DNA of 64,000 bases from Chloroflexota bacterium (GTDB lineage: Bacteria > Vulcanimicrobiota > JAMCWD01), in assembly GCA_023475345.1 (NCBI GenBank), contig JAMCWD010000031.1, positions 1,585 through 65,584 on the forward strand, read 5' to 3'. Made by a program: the position numbers and the translations under genes. Position 1 is the first letter of the stretch, and each line of letters begins with the position of its first letter. Of the stretch, positions 18,209 to 25,935 are shown piece by piece. The notes under the pieces are model-generated. The model searched no databases. It was not told the origin of the DNA and saw nothing but the letters and a program-made list of their open reading frames with translations.

Positions 18209-18724
18209 ATGTTGAAAAGGTCTCTGATATTTTTTTTATTGATGATTTTATTCCCGGCCTGGGCGTTCGCCGAAGGCGGCTTACCCCTCAATCTTGTTGT
18301 TTATGGAAAGCCCGTATATATCGTTGAAAAAGAAATGCCCATCCAGGTCAAATTGATAAACGAGAGCGTAAAAATCATCCAGGTCAATAAGCGGTTTCTG
18401 TTAAACGACAGGAAATTCTTTTATGAACTGGCGCTTGAAATCAAAGACCCGGACGGGAATATCGTCCCGCTTGAAGCAAAGCCCCAGTTCGTGCTGCCCG
18501 GCCCGGATGATTATGTAAACCTGAAGCCCGGGCAGTCTGCAACTCTGCGCATCAACCTCGGCGATTACTTCATAATTGTCGAGCCCGGCGAGTATAAAAT
18601 CAAGGCCTATTACCGAAATTTCCTGTCCCCGCCGCCCGGCGCGGCATGGGTGGGAACCATAGATTCCGAAGAAAAAACTTTCTCCGTCGTCGAGTCGAAA
18701 AATCCAGGGGAGGAAGAGCATTGA
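18209..18724 (+). CDS. Secreted hypothetical protein (171 aa)
   Basis: ATG lies 1 nt after the hypE stop. Signal peptide MLKRSLIFFLLMILFPAWAFA. Beta-rich sequence with no recognised motif. Confidence 0.7.
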   Translation: MLKRSLIFFLLMILFPAWAFAEGGLPLNLVVYGKPVYIVEKEMPIQVKLINESVKIIQVNKRFLLNDRKFFYELALEIKDPDGNIVPLEAKPQFVLPGPDDYVNLKPGQSATLRINLGDYFIIVEPGEYKIKAYYRNFLSPPPGAAWVGTIDSEEKTFSVVESKNPGEEEH

Positions 18725-20127
18725 AAAAGATCCCGGCAATCTTTTTTATGATATTCCTCGCTTTCGGAATTTTGCTTCCGGCTTATGCGGCCCCGGGCGG
18801 CGGGGATTTGGAGGAACTTAAGAAGCAGCTTGAAGACAGCGATAAATATTACAACGAATATGTCCGTTTAAGCAATGCGGCCCAGGGATCGAAGCCCGAA
18901 AAGGCCGGGGAACTCAGGAGCAAAGCCGGGGTCATTTACAACCAATTAAAAGCGTCAAGAGAAAATGCCGTAAGGCTGGCGTCCCGGGTTTACGGCATTA
19001 ATATAACGGAGCTTGGAGAATTCCCCAAGATCTTAAAGTATCCGGGAGCAATAGGGGGCATACTGGGAGCAAGGGATTCTTTCCTTTCCGAATCCGCATT
19101 TAAAAACCCGGGGTGGCTGGGGGCAAGCATCCTCCAGCTTGTCACACTCTCTAAAATGAGGAAGACCGATCCTTTCCCGGATGATCCCCAGCAATATCAC
19201 CTGGATTCCATAGCCGCCCTCGATGCAGCGTTGGAAAAGGCCGGGAATTTCAGCCTGACAGCCCATGAAAAAAATACCCTCCAGCTGACGCGGCAATGGC
19301 ATTTTGAAAAATTAGCTTTCAAATACCGCAGGCAGGTAACAGGAAATAAAAATTACCGCGTTTCCGAAGCGACCGGCGACCTGGAAACCCTGACGCTCCC
19401 TGACGCCCTGTACGGCGGCCTTGTGTCAATGCAGGTAACCGAAGGCGGGAAAGGGTCGGGAGATATTTTTAAATTAAAATTGAGAAGGCTGACAGGCAGG
19501 GCTTTGAATATCGATATCCCTTACGGCACGGTTTTCTTCCCGCCCGACTCCGTGGAGCAGCCCAGGACCTTAATTACGCCGTTATCCGTTTCGCTGAAAA
19601 TGAATAGTGAACAGGACGTAAATGTGGAAGGTGTATGCCTGGAGCCGGAAAAGAAAATCCCCGAAAAAGGCTCCGTAGCAACAGGGTATGATGTCTGGGA
19701 CATTATTAAAATGAGCGAAAATTCCGCCGACCCGGTATTTAACAAAATGCTGGACAATTTCGATCCCGGCAAATTTAACGAATATCTCCAGGCGATAAAG
19801 ATAATTGAAAAAGGGAAAAGCATGGAAAAAGCCGGGCAGTTCAAGGGCTTCCTGGGAAAAAATCATGCGCTTATAATAATCCAGTGGGCGGTCTGGGCGG
19901 CGGCTACAAAGAATGATAAGACGCCCATGACGAAGAATACATTACTGAAAGAGATCAGTCAGCAATACAAGGCGGCGGGGCGTGATATTCCGCCGGGGGA
20001 TATTTCAAAACTGACAGACGAGATATGGGGCGAGGTAAGCGGGCTTTTGAAAGAGTCGGATGAATCCGATACAGGCTCCGAATTGATAGATATTTTGCAG
20101 CAGAAGACGGAGCCGGTGAAAAAATAA
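18721..20127 (+). CDS. Secreted hypothetical protein (about 470 aa)
   Basis: In-frame TTG 18721 overlaps the upstream stop (TTGA); the track ORF opens at 18646. Signal-like KKIPAIFFMIFLAFGILLPAYAA. No recognised motif. Confidence 0.7.
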   Translation: MKKIPAIFFMIFLAFGILLPAYAAPGGGDLEELKKQLEDSDKYYNEYVRLSNAAQGSKPEKAGELRSKAGVIYNQLKASRENAVRLASRVYGINITELGEFPKILKYPGAIGGILGARDSFLSESAFKNPGWLGASILQLVTLSKMRKTDPFPDDPQQYHLDSIAALDAALEKAGNFSLTAHEKNTLQLTRQWHFEKLAFKYRRQVTGNKNYRVSEATGDLETLTLPDALYGGLVSMQVTEGGKGSGDIFKLKLRRLTGRALNIDIPYGTVFFPPDSVEQPRTLITPLSVSLKMNSEQDVNVEGVCLEPEKKIPEKGSVATGYDVWDIIKMSENSADPVFNKMLDNFDPGKFNEYLQAIKIIEKGKSMEKAGQFKGFLGKNHALIIIQWAVWAAATKNDKTPMTKNTLLKEISQQYKAAGRDIPPGDISKLTDEIWGEVSGLLKESDESDTGSELIDILQQKTEPVKK

Positions 20128-20191
20128 CCGGGGATTTATAAATTGGAAGCGGGGGCTGAAAAATAAATTTGGTTTCTTCATAAGGGGGGAA

Positions 20192-21019
20192 ATGAAGATG
20201 ATGAAAGATTCGGAGTATCAATCATATCTTGCCGTTGCTGAAGAAGCGGCGGAATCCGCCGGGAAGTTGCTGATGGCGCATTTTACTGAGCGGCACCAGG
20301 TGGAGTACAAGGGTAAAACCAATATCGTTACCGATATGGACAGGGCGTCCGAAGAGCTTATAAAGAATTTTATCCTTGCAAAGTTCCCGAACCATTCGCT
20401 TATTGCGGAAGAAGGCACCAGGAGCGATTCGCGCTCGTCATGGCAGTGGTTTGTCGACCCGCTTGACGGCACTACGAACTATGCCCGCGGCTTTCCCTGG
20501 TTTGCCATATCGATTGCCCTCTGTCATGACGGGCTGCCGATGGTGGGCGTGGTTTATAACCCCGTGCTCGGCACTGTTTTCCGGGGAGGCAGGGGGAAAG
20601 GCGCATTTATGAACGGGAGGAAGCTTTCGGTTTCGAAAGTCAAGAAGCTTGACCGCTCTTTCCTTGTTACCGGCTTCCCGTATGATCTGAGAGAAAACCC
20701 CCGCCTGCCGCTTTCTCTTTTCGGAACTTTCTCTATGAAATCGCTTGCCATAAGAAGGCCAGGCTCCGCCTCGCTGGACCTTTCGTACGTTGCATCGGGG
20801 CAGTTTGACGGTTTCTGGGAGCTGGGACTCCATCCCTGGGATATCGCGGCGGGGATAACCCTCATCGAAGAGGCGGGAGGCAAAGTTACGGATTTTTCCT
20901 GTAACCCCCCTGATCTTTACGGGCGGGAAATCCTGGCTACCAACGGCTTCCTGCATGACGAGATGCTCGATATCATTAAAACTACGATGCGCTCGTCGTT
21001 ATTGAAAAGTAAAAAATGA
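20192..21019 (+). CDS. Inositol monophosphatase family protein (SuhB/IMPase-like)
   Basis: Motifs LIAEE, WFVDPLDGTTNY and WDIAAG. 275 aa. Confidence 0.9.
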   Translation: MKMMKDSEYQSYLAVAEEAAESAGKLLMAHFTERHQVEYKGKTNIVTDMDRASEELIKNFILAKFPNHSLIAEEGTRSDSRSSWQWFVDPLDGTTNYARGFPWFAISIALCHDGLPMVGVVYNPVLGTVFRGGRGKGAFMNGRKLSVSKVKKLDRSFLVTGFPYDLRENPRLPLSLFGTFSMKSLAIRRPGSASLDLSYVASGQFDGFWELGLHPWDIAAGITLIEEAGGKVTDFSCNPPDLYGREILATNGFLHDEMLDIIKTTMRSSLLKSKK

Positions 21020-21026
21020 TACGGCC

Positions 21027-21638
21027 TCAGCTTCCCTGCCCGGTTTCGATTTTTGCTTTTTTCTCCAGGGTGTGATTTGTCGAGCGTACAAGGCGGCCGG
21101 CTATCGAATAGCTTATCCATCCGACGCCTGCCCCTATTAACGCGAACAGGCCTGCGAAAAAGATGACGGCCCATATCATGCTGCCATGTAAAGAAGGCGG
21201 CAGGATTATATTTGCCGTTGCGAAAAACGTTTTGCGCATTTCCCAGCCGTATAAAATAAAAGTAGATAGTAATCGGAATACGATGACGAACAACTGGAGC
21301 GCCGCGCCGGACACTATGGCCGATATGCGGTTCACTCCCATCACTGACAGGATAACTTCCGCGACCAGGCTTTCCATGAGGATAGCAAACCCCGGAGTTA
21401 TTGAAAAGCCGGGAGTGGTTACAAACCGGATTAATGAAGTTATCAGGCCGACTGTTGCTATCGACCCCGTCCGGGGCACAAGTATCCTGACCGCGATATA
21501 GATTACCAGGTTTAACGCCACCATGATGCTGCCGGTGAACGGCACCTGCATCATGTGGAGCAGCCCGCCTCCCGCGACTTCCAGTATCGAATTCAATGCT
21601 GCAAATAATGCTATCCGCGTTATATCCCGTGTTGACAT
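21027..21638 (-). CDS. Polytopic membrane protein, ECF-transporter S-component-like
   Basis: 203 aa with about 5-6 TM helices. The N-terminus TRDITRIALFAALNSILE is typical of ECF substrate-capture subunits. Substrate unknown. The overlapping 321-aa ORF in another frame is rejected. Confidence 0.55.
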   Translation of the reverse strand: MSTRDITRIALFAALNSILEVAGGGLLHMMQVPFTGSIMVALNLVIYIAVRILVPRTGSIATVGLITSLIRFVTTPGFSITPGFAILMESLVAEVILSVMGVNRISAIVSGAALQLFVIVFRLLSTFILYGWEMRKTFFATANIILPPSLHGSMIWAVIFFAGLFALIGAGVGWISYSIAGRLVRSTNHTLEKKAKIETGQGS

Positions 21639-21754
21639 GCAGGCTTTTTCGCCGCCTCATTCCCGTATCCTTTAACCGGCTCAGAAAGGAAATTTCATGG
21701 TTGAGGCAGAAAAAATCACATGAGAAAAATACCGGTTGCCTGCAGGCTGAAGGA

Positions 21755-21997
21755 GTGGAGAAGATTAAAGTTGTAATTGAATTTTCAGGAGCCATTAAAA
21801 GGCCGTTCCCCGAGAGCGAAAGAGAGTTTGAGCTTGCCGACGGAAAAAATATCAAGGAAGTTCTATTAGATCTCGGGTACAACGAGAGGGATCTTAAATT
21901 TCTCGTAGCGTTCCGCGGGGAGACGAGGATACCGCTCGAAGAACTTTTCGTTGACGGCGACAGGATAAAAGTCTTGATACCCGTAGGCGGCGGCTAG
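21755..21997 (+). CDS. MoaD/ThiS-like ubiquitin-fold protein (C-terminal Gly-Gly)
   Basis: About 80 aa: KIKVVIEFSGAIKRPF…FVDGDRIKVLIPVGGG ending in GG immediately before the stop. Start is uncertain (GTG 21755 or TTG 21701); the ORF is open from 21596. Confidence 0.6.
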   Translation: MEKIKVVIEFSGAIKRPFPESEREFELADGKNIKEVLLDLGYNERDLKFLVAFRGETRIPLEELFVDGDRIKVLIPVGGG

Positions 21998-22043
21998 TCA
22001 ATTTTTTTCAAATTAAATCCCATTAAAAAAAGGGGGAGCTAAA

Positions 22044-22895
22044 GTGAAAAATATCAGGTCTTATATTTTTCCAAAAACGGTGGAAGAGGCCGTCGATGCC
22101 CTGGCTCTTTCGTCTTCGGCCCGGATCGTCGCAGGCGGCACCACGATGGTCTTCAGCAAGGATGCCCGCGTTGAAACGCTGGTCGATATTACGCGCCTGG
22201 ATCTTTCTTACATAAAGGAGGAAGACGGCTTTATCAAAATCGGCCCGACGACGACAGTCGCCGACCTGCTGAGGTCTCCCATAGCGGCGAAATTCGGAGG
22301 CGGCATCCTGGCCGAAGCATCGAAGAGGGTGGCAGGCTCACATATCCGGGAGCTGGCTACAATAGGGGGTGACCTGGCTATAACTCTCCCCTGGTGTGAT
22401 TTACAACCGGCTTTCCTGGCGCTGGATGCGGAGCTTGTGATTTACGACGGCGAAGAAAAAAACATATCGCTTGCGGATTACTACAACGACCGCGAGTTGA
22501 TGAAAAGATCCGGCTGGCTTATAAAGGAGATAAGGATTCTCAGTGATCAAAAAGGTATCGGAGTTTTCGAGAAAGTAAGCCGTACGAAAATCGATTACTC
22601 CACGCTCGATATAGCGGTATATCTCGAAAAAGAGGGCGGCGTTATAAGGTCGCCCCGCATAGCGGCCGGTTGTGCGGTTCCCATGCCCCGCAGGATCGGG
22701 GAGGCTGAAAAAATTCTCGACGGGCAGGTTCCCGGCCCGGAGCTTTTCGAAAAAGCTGCAAAGACCGCAAAGAATTCGTTACGGACGGTTACCAACCTCA
22801 GGGGGACTGCGGCTTACCGCTCCCATTTAATCGAAATCGTTACCCGGCGCTGCCTGGAAAAAGCATGGGCCGCGCTGAACGGGCAGGAGGCGTAA
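22044..22895 (+). CDS. Molybdenum hydroxylase (xanthine dehydrogenase/CO dehydrogenase family), FAD-binding medium subunit
   Basis: GTG start after AAAGGGGGAG. RIVAGGTTMV FAD-binding motif and C-terminal GTAAYRSHL. 283 aa. Confidence 0.9.
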   Translation: MKNIRSYIFPKTVEEAVDALALSSSARIVAGGTTMVFSKDARVETLVDITRLDLSYIKEEDGFIKIGPTTTVADLLRSPIAAKFGGGILAEASKRVAGSHIRELATIGGDLAITLPWCDLQPAFLALDAELVIYDGEEKNISLADYYNDRELMKRSGWLIKEIRILSDQKGIGVFEKVSRTKIDYSTLDIAVYLEKEGGVIRSPRIAAGCAVPMPRRIGEAEKILDGQVPGPELFEKAAKTAKNSLRTVTNLRGTAAYRSHLIEIVTRRCLEKAWAALNGQEA

Positions 22896-23363
22896 ATGGA
22901 GATTAGTTGTATTGTCAACGGCGAGAAGAAGCAATTCAAGATTGAGCCTGATGAAACACTGCTGAATATTCTGCGCCGCGAGGGGTATCTAGGCGTTAAG
23001 CGGGGCTGTGAAGAAGGCAATTGCGGCGTCTGTACAGTTTTGATGAACGGCCGCCCGGTCAATTCCTGTGTTGTATTCGGAGCTAAGGCCGACGGGGCCG
23101 AGATAATCACGGTAGAAGGGCTGGGCACTCCTGAAAATTTAAATACACTACAGGAGGCCTTCCTTGACGAAGGGGCAGTCCAATGCGGATTCTGTACCCC
23201 AGGGTTCCTTCTTTCCGCAACCGCGCTTTTGAAGGAAAACCCGGAGCCGTCAAGGGAAGAAGTCATAGAAGCCCTCGACAGCAATTACTGCCGTTGTACC
23301 GGGTATGTGAAGCCGATTAACGCGGTGCTTGCCGCCGCCAGGAAGATGAGAGGTGAGGAATAG
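22896..23363 (+). CDS. Molybdenum hydroxylase family, [2Fe-2S] small subunit
   Basis: GCEEGNCGVCTV (plant-type cluster) plus QCGFCTPGF and NYCRCTGY (second cluster). 155 aa. Confidence 0.95.
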   Translation: MEISCIVNGEKKQFKIEPDETLLNILRREGYLGVKRGCEEGNCGVCTVLMNGRPVNSCVVFGAKADGAEIITVEGLGTPENLNTLQEAFLDEGAVQCGFCTPGFLLSATALLKENPEPSREEVIEALDSNYCRCTGYVKPINAVLAAARKMRGEE

Positions 23364-23365
23364 AG

Positions 23366-25699
23366 ATGGCAGCAGAGACGAATTTTGAAGTTGTCGGAAA
23401 AAACCTGAGGAAGGTTGACGGGCCGGGGCTGGTTTGCGGGAAGCCCATGTTTACCGACGATATCGAGATGAGGGGCCTTCTTTACGGCAAGATCCTGTAC
23501 AGCCCTCATGCCCATGCCAGGATAAAGAAGATTGATAAGACGAAGGCACTGGCGCTTCCGGGAGTCCACGCGGTCATCTGCCATGAGGACGTTCCGAGGA
23601 TAGCACATACAACGGCCGGGCAGGGATACCCAGAACCATCAGCTTACGATACCTTCGTGTTTGACAAAAAGGTCAGGTTTGTCGGAGATCGTGTGGCCGC
23701 AGTGGCTGCGGAAACGAGGGAGGCAGCCGAAGAAGCCGTCAAATTGATCGAGGTGGAATATGAAGTCCTGCCTCCTATCCTTGATGAACGAAAATCCATG
23801 GACCCGGGCGCGCCGGTGATCCACGACGAACCTGAAGCAGAGATGATAATCCCCGTCCCGTATGACAAGGAGAGAAACCTTGCGGGCGGCGTCAATATGA
23901 ATATAGGCGATGTCGAAAAGGGCCTGGAAGAAGCCGATTTCAAATTCGACTATGAATATATCGTGCCTTATTATCACCACTGTCCCCAGGAACCTCATAT
24001 ATGCTATGCGTGGCTCGATGACCAGGACAGGGTTGTCATTAGAACGAGCACACAGGTGCCTTTCCATGTGAGGCGCCTTGTTGCAAGGGCGCTGGATATC
24101 CCCGTAAAAAAGATCCACGTCATAAAGCCGCGGGTCGGCGGGGGTTTCGGTTGTAAGCAGGAGGTATATCTGGAGCAGGTGGTGGCGGCTCTTGCGATGG
24201 CATCGAGGAGACCTGTAAAGATCGAACTTACAAGGAGAGAGGAGTTCATATCGGGCCGCACGATGCACCCTGAAATAATCCACCTGAGGACAGGCGTCAA
24301 GAAAAACGGCGACCTGACGGCAGTCCACCTCGACATCCTCATGAACACCGGCGCTTACGGGAGCCATGCCCTCACGGTTGTTTATAACTCCGGAGGCAAG
24401 ACACTCCCCCTTTATCGATGTCCGAATATCAAATTCGACGGGACTTCGGTATATACGAACCTGCCGGTAGGCGGGGCATACCGGGGCTACGGCGCGACCG
24501 AGGCTTATTTTGCTATCGAGACCCAGATGGACGAGATGGCGGAAGCCATAGGCATGGACCCTGTCGAATTCAGGAAACGCAACCACATAAAGGAGGGTGA
24601 AACTTCGCCCGTATTTTCAGCCCTGGGTGAAGGGAAGGCAGGGGTGGAGCAGTTCGTAGAAAGCTGCGGTCTCGATAAGTGTATCGACCTGGGGGCCGAA
24701 GCGATAGGCTGGTCCCGCAGGAAAGATCTCCCCCGCACGGGGATAAAGCGGCGCGGAATAGGCATGGGCACGTTCATGCAGGGTTCCAGCATCCCCCATG
24801 TCGATATGGGCGCCGCTTACCTCAAGCTGAATGAAGACGGCTCCTTCAACCTCCTTGTCGGCGCTACCGACCTCGGGACAGGGAGCGATACGGTGCTTGC
24901 CCAGATAGCCGCCGAAGTCCTCGGGGTCCCTCTTACAAGCATGATCGTCAGGTCCAGCGATACGGATATCACTCCTTTCGATGTCGGGGCGTATGCTTCA
25001 AGCACGACTTACCTTTCAGGCATGGCGGTTCTCCGGGCCGCGGAAAAAACAGCCGCCCAGATCAAGAAAGTGGCTGGAAAGCTTTTAGCGGCGGAGCCGG
25101 AACAGGTAACACTGAAAGACAGCAGGGCGTTTGTCCCCGGCGGGAAATCCGTTTCATTACATGAGATAGCGATGGATTCGCTTTACGTTGATAACCAATT
25201 CCAGATCCAGGACGGTGCTTCGGCGATATCGTTCAAGTCCCCTCCGCCTTTTGCGGCCCACTTTGCGGAAGTTGAAGTCGATACCGAGACAGGGAAAGTT
25301 ACCCTGCTGAAATATGTTGCGGCCTGCGACTGCGGCACGGCAATAAACCCTGCCCTTGCGGAAGGCCAGGTGGAAGGCGGGGTGGTGAACGGCATCGGCT
25401 TCGCTCTCAGCGAGGAGATGCTTTTCGACTCCGGCGGGCGGACGCTTAACCCCAGCTTCCATGATTATAAGATCTTTACAACGGTAGATCTGCCTGAAAT
25501 GCGGACGATCCTTGTGCCCACTTATGAGCCGACAGGCCCGTGCGGCGCGAAATCGGTATCCGAGATAAACATAAACGGCCCGATACCCGTAATCGCAAAT
25601 GCCATATACGATGCTGTAGGTATAAGGCTTCGCAGGAGCCCGTTCACACCGGAAAGAGTGCTGGAGGCTCTTTCGGAAAAAGAAAAAATGAAACAGTAA
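23366..25699 (+). CDS. Molybdenum hydroxylase family, molybdopterin-binding large subunit (copy 1)
   Basis: 777 aa. N-terminal a/b-hammerhead signature VGKNLRKVDGPGLVCGKPMFTDDI, then GGGFGCK, and C-terminal CGAKSVSE, the equivalent of the active-site Glu loop. Confidence 0.95.
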   Translation: MAAETNFEVVGKNLRKVDGPGLVCGKPMFTDDIEMRGLLYGKILYSPHAHARIKKIDKTKALALPGVHAVICHEDVPRIAHTTAGQGYPEPSAYDTFVFDKKVRFVGDRVAAVAAETREAAEEAVKLIEVEYEVLPPILDERKSMDPGAPVIHDEPEAEMIIPVPYDKERNLAGGVNMNIGDVEKGLEEADFKFDYEYIVPYYHHCPQEPHICYAWLDDQDRVVIRTSTQVPFHVRRLVARALDIPVKKIHVIKPRVGGGFGCKQEVYLEQVVAALAMASRRPVKIELTRREEFISGRTMHPEIIHLRTGVKKNGDLTAVHLDILMNTGAYGSHALTVVYNSGGKTLPLYRCPNIKFDGTSVYTNLPVGGAYRGYGATEAYFAIETQMDEMAEAIGMDPVEFRKRNHIKEGETSPVFSALGEGKAGVEQFVESCGLDKCIDLGAEAIGWSRRKDLPRTGIKRRGIGMGTFMQGSSIPHVDMGAAYLKLNEDGSFNLLVGATDLGTGSDTVLAQIAAEVLGVPLTSMIVRSSDTDITPFDVGAYASSTTYLSGMAVLRAAEKTAAQIKKVAGKLLAAEPEQVTLKDSRAFVPGGKSVSLHEIAMDSLYVDNQFQIQDGASAISFKSPPPFAAHFAEVEVDTETGKVTLLKYVAACDCGTAINPALAEGQVEGGVVNGIGFALSEEMLFDSGGRTLNPSFHDYKIFTTVDLPEMRTILVPTYEPTGPCGAKSVSEININGPIPVIANAIYDAVGIRLRRSPFTPERVLEALSEKEKMKQ

Positions 25700-25742
25700 A
25701 AGAAACATCCCGGTTAAAAAACGAGATGAAAAGGGCGTTAAA

Positions 25743-25768
25743 TCAGACGCCCTTTTTTATAGGGCATC
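25743..25768 (+). terminator. Rho-independent terminator after the hydroxylase operon
   Basis: GGGCGT (25743-25748) pairs with ACGCCC (25757-25762), 8-nt loop, followed by T6 (25763-25768). Confidence 0.75.
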
Positions 25769-25935
25769 GGCGCATTTTTTCATTTTGTCAGTTGCATAAT
25801 GTCATATGAACGTGTAATATTTAATATGAGAATTTATTTACCATCAGTTGAACCTGTCTATTCGAATAATATCATTTAAAAAAGCAGGGACTCATATGTC
25901 AGTTCAAATGTTTTATATTCCTGCGCGGGGATAAA

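Noticed and set aside
20917-21882. 321-aa minus-strand ORF spanning the ECF-S-like gene region
   Set aside because: It overlaps, in a different frame, the 203-aa ORF that has clean TM-helix periodicity. The longer product is Arg/His/Pro/Gly-rich low-complexity sequence without membrane or domain signatures.
23639-24586. 315-aa minus-strand ORF inside the Mo large-subunit gene; similar long antisense ORFs at 34160-34999, 47151-47945, 49269-50018 and 55326-56210
   Set aside because: All lie antisense to strongly recognisable conserved genes (XDH-family subunits, topA, trmFO, mutS). Their compositions are Arg/His-rich and typical of reverse-frame artefacts in GC-balanced coding DNA.
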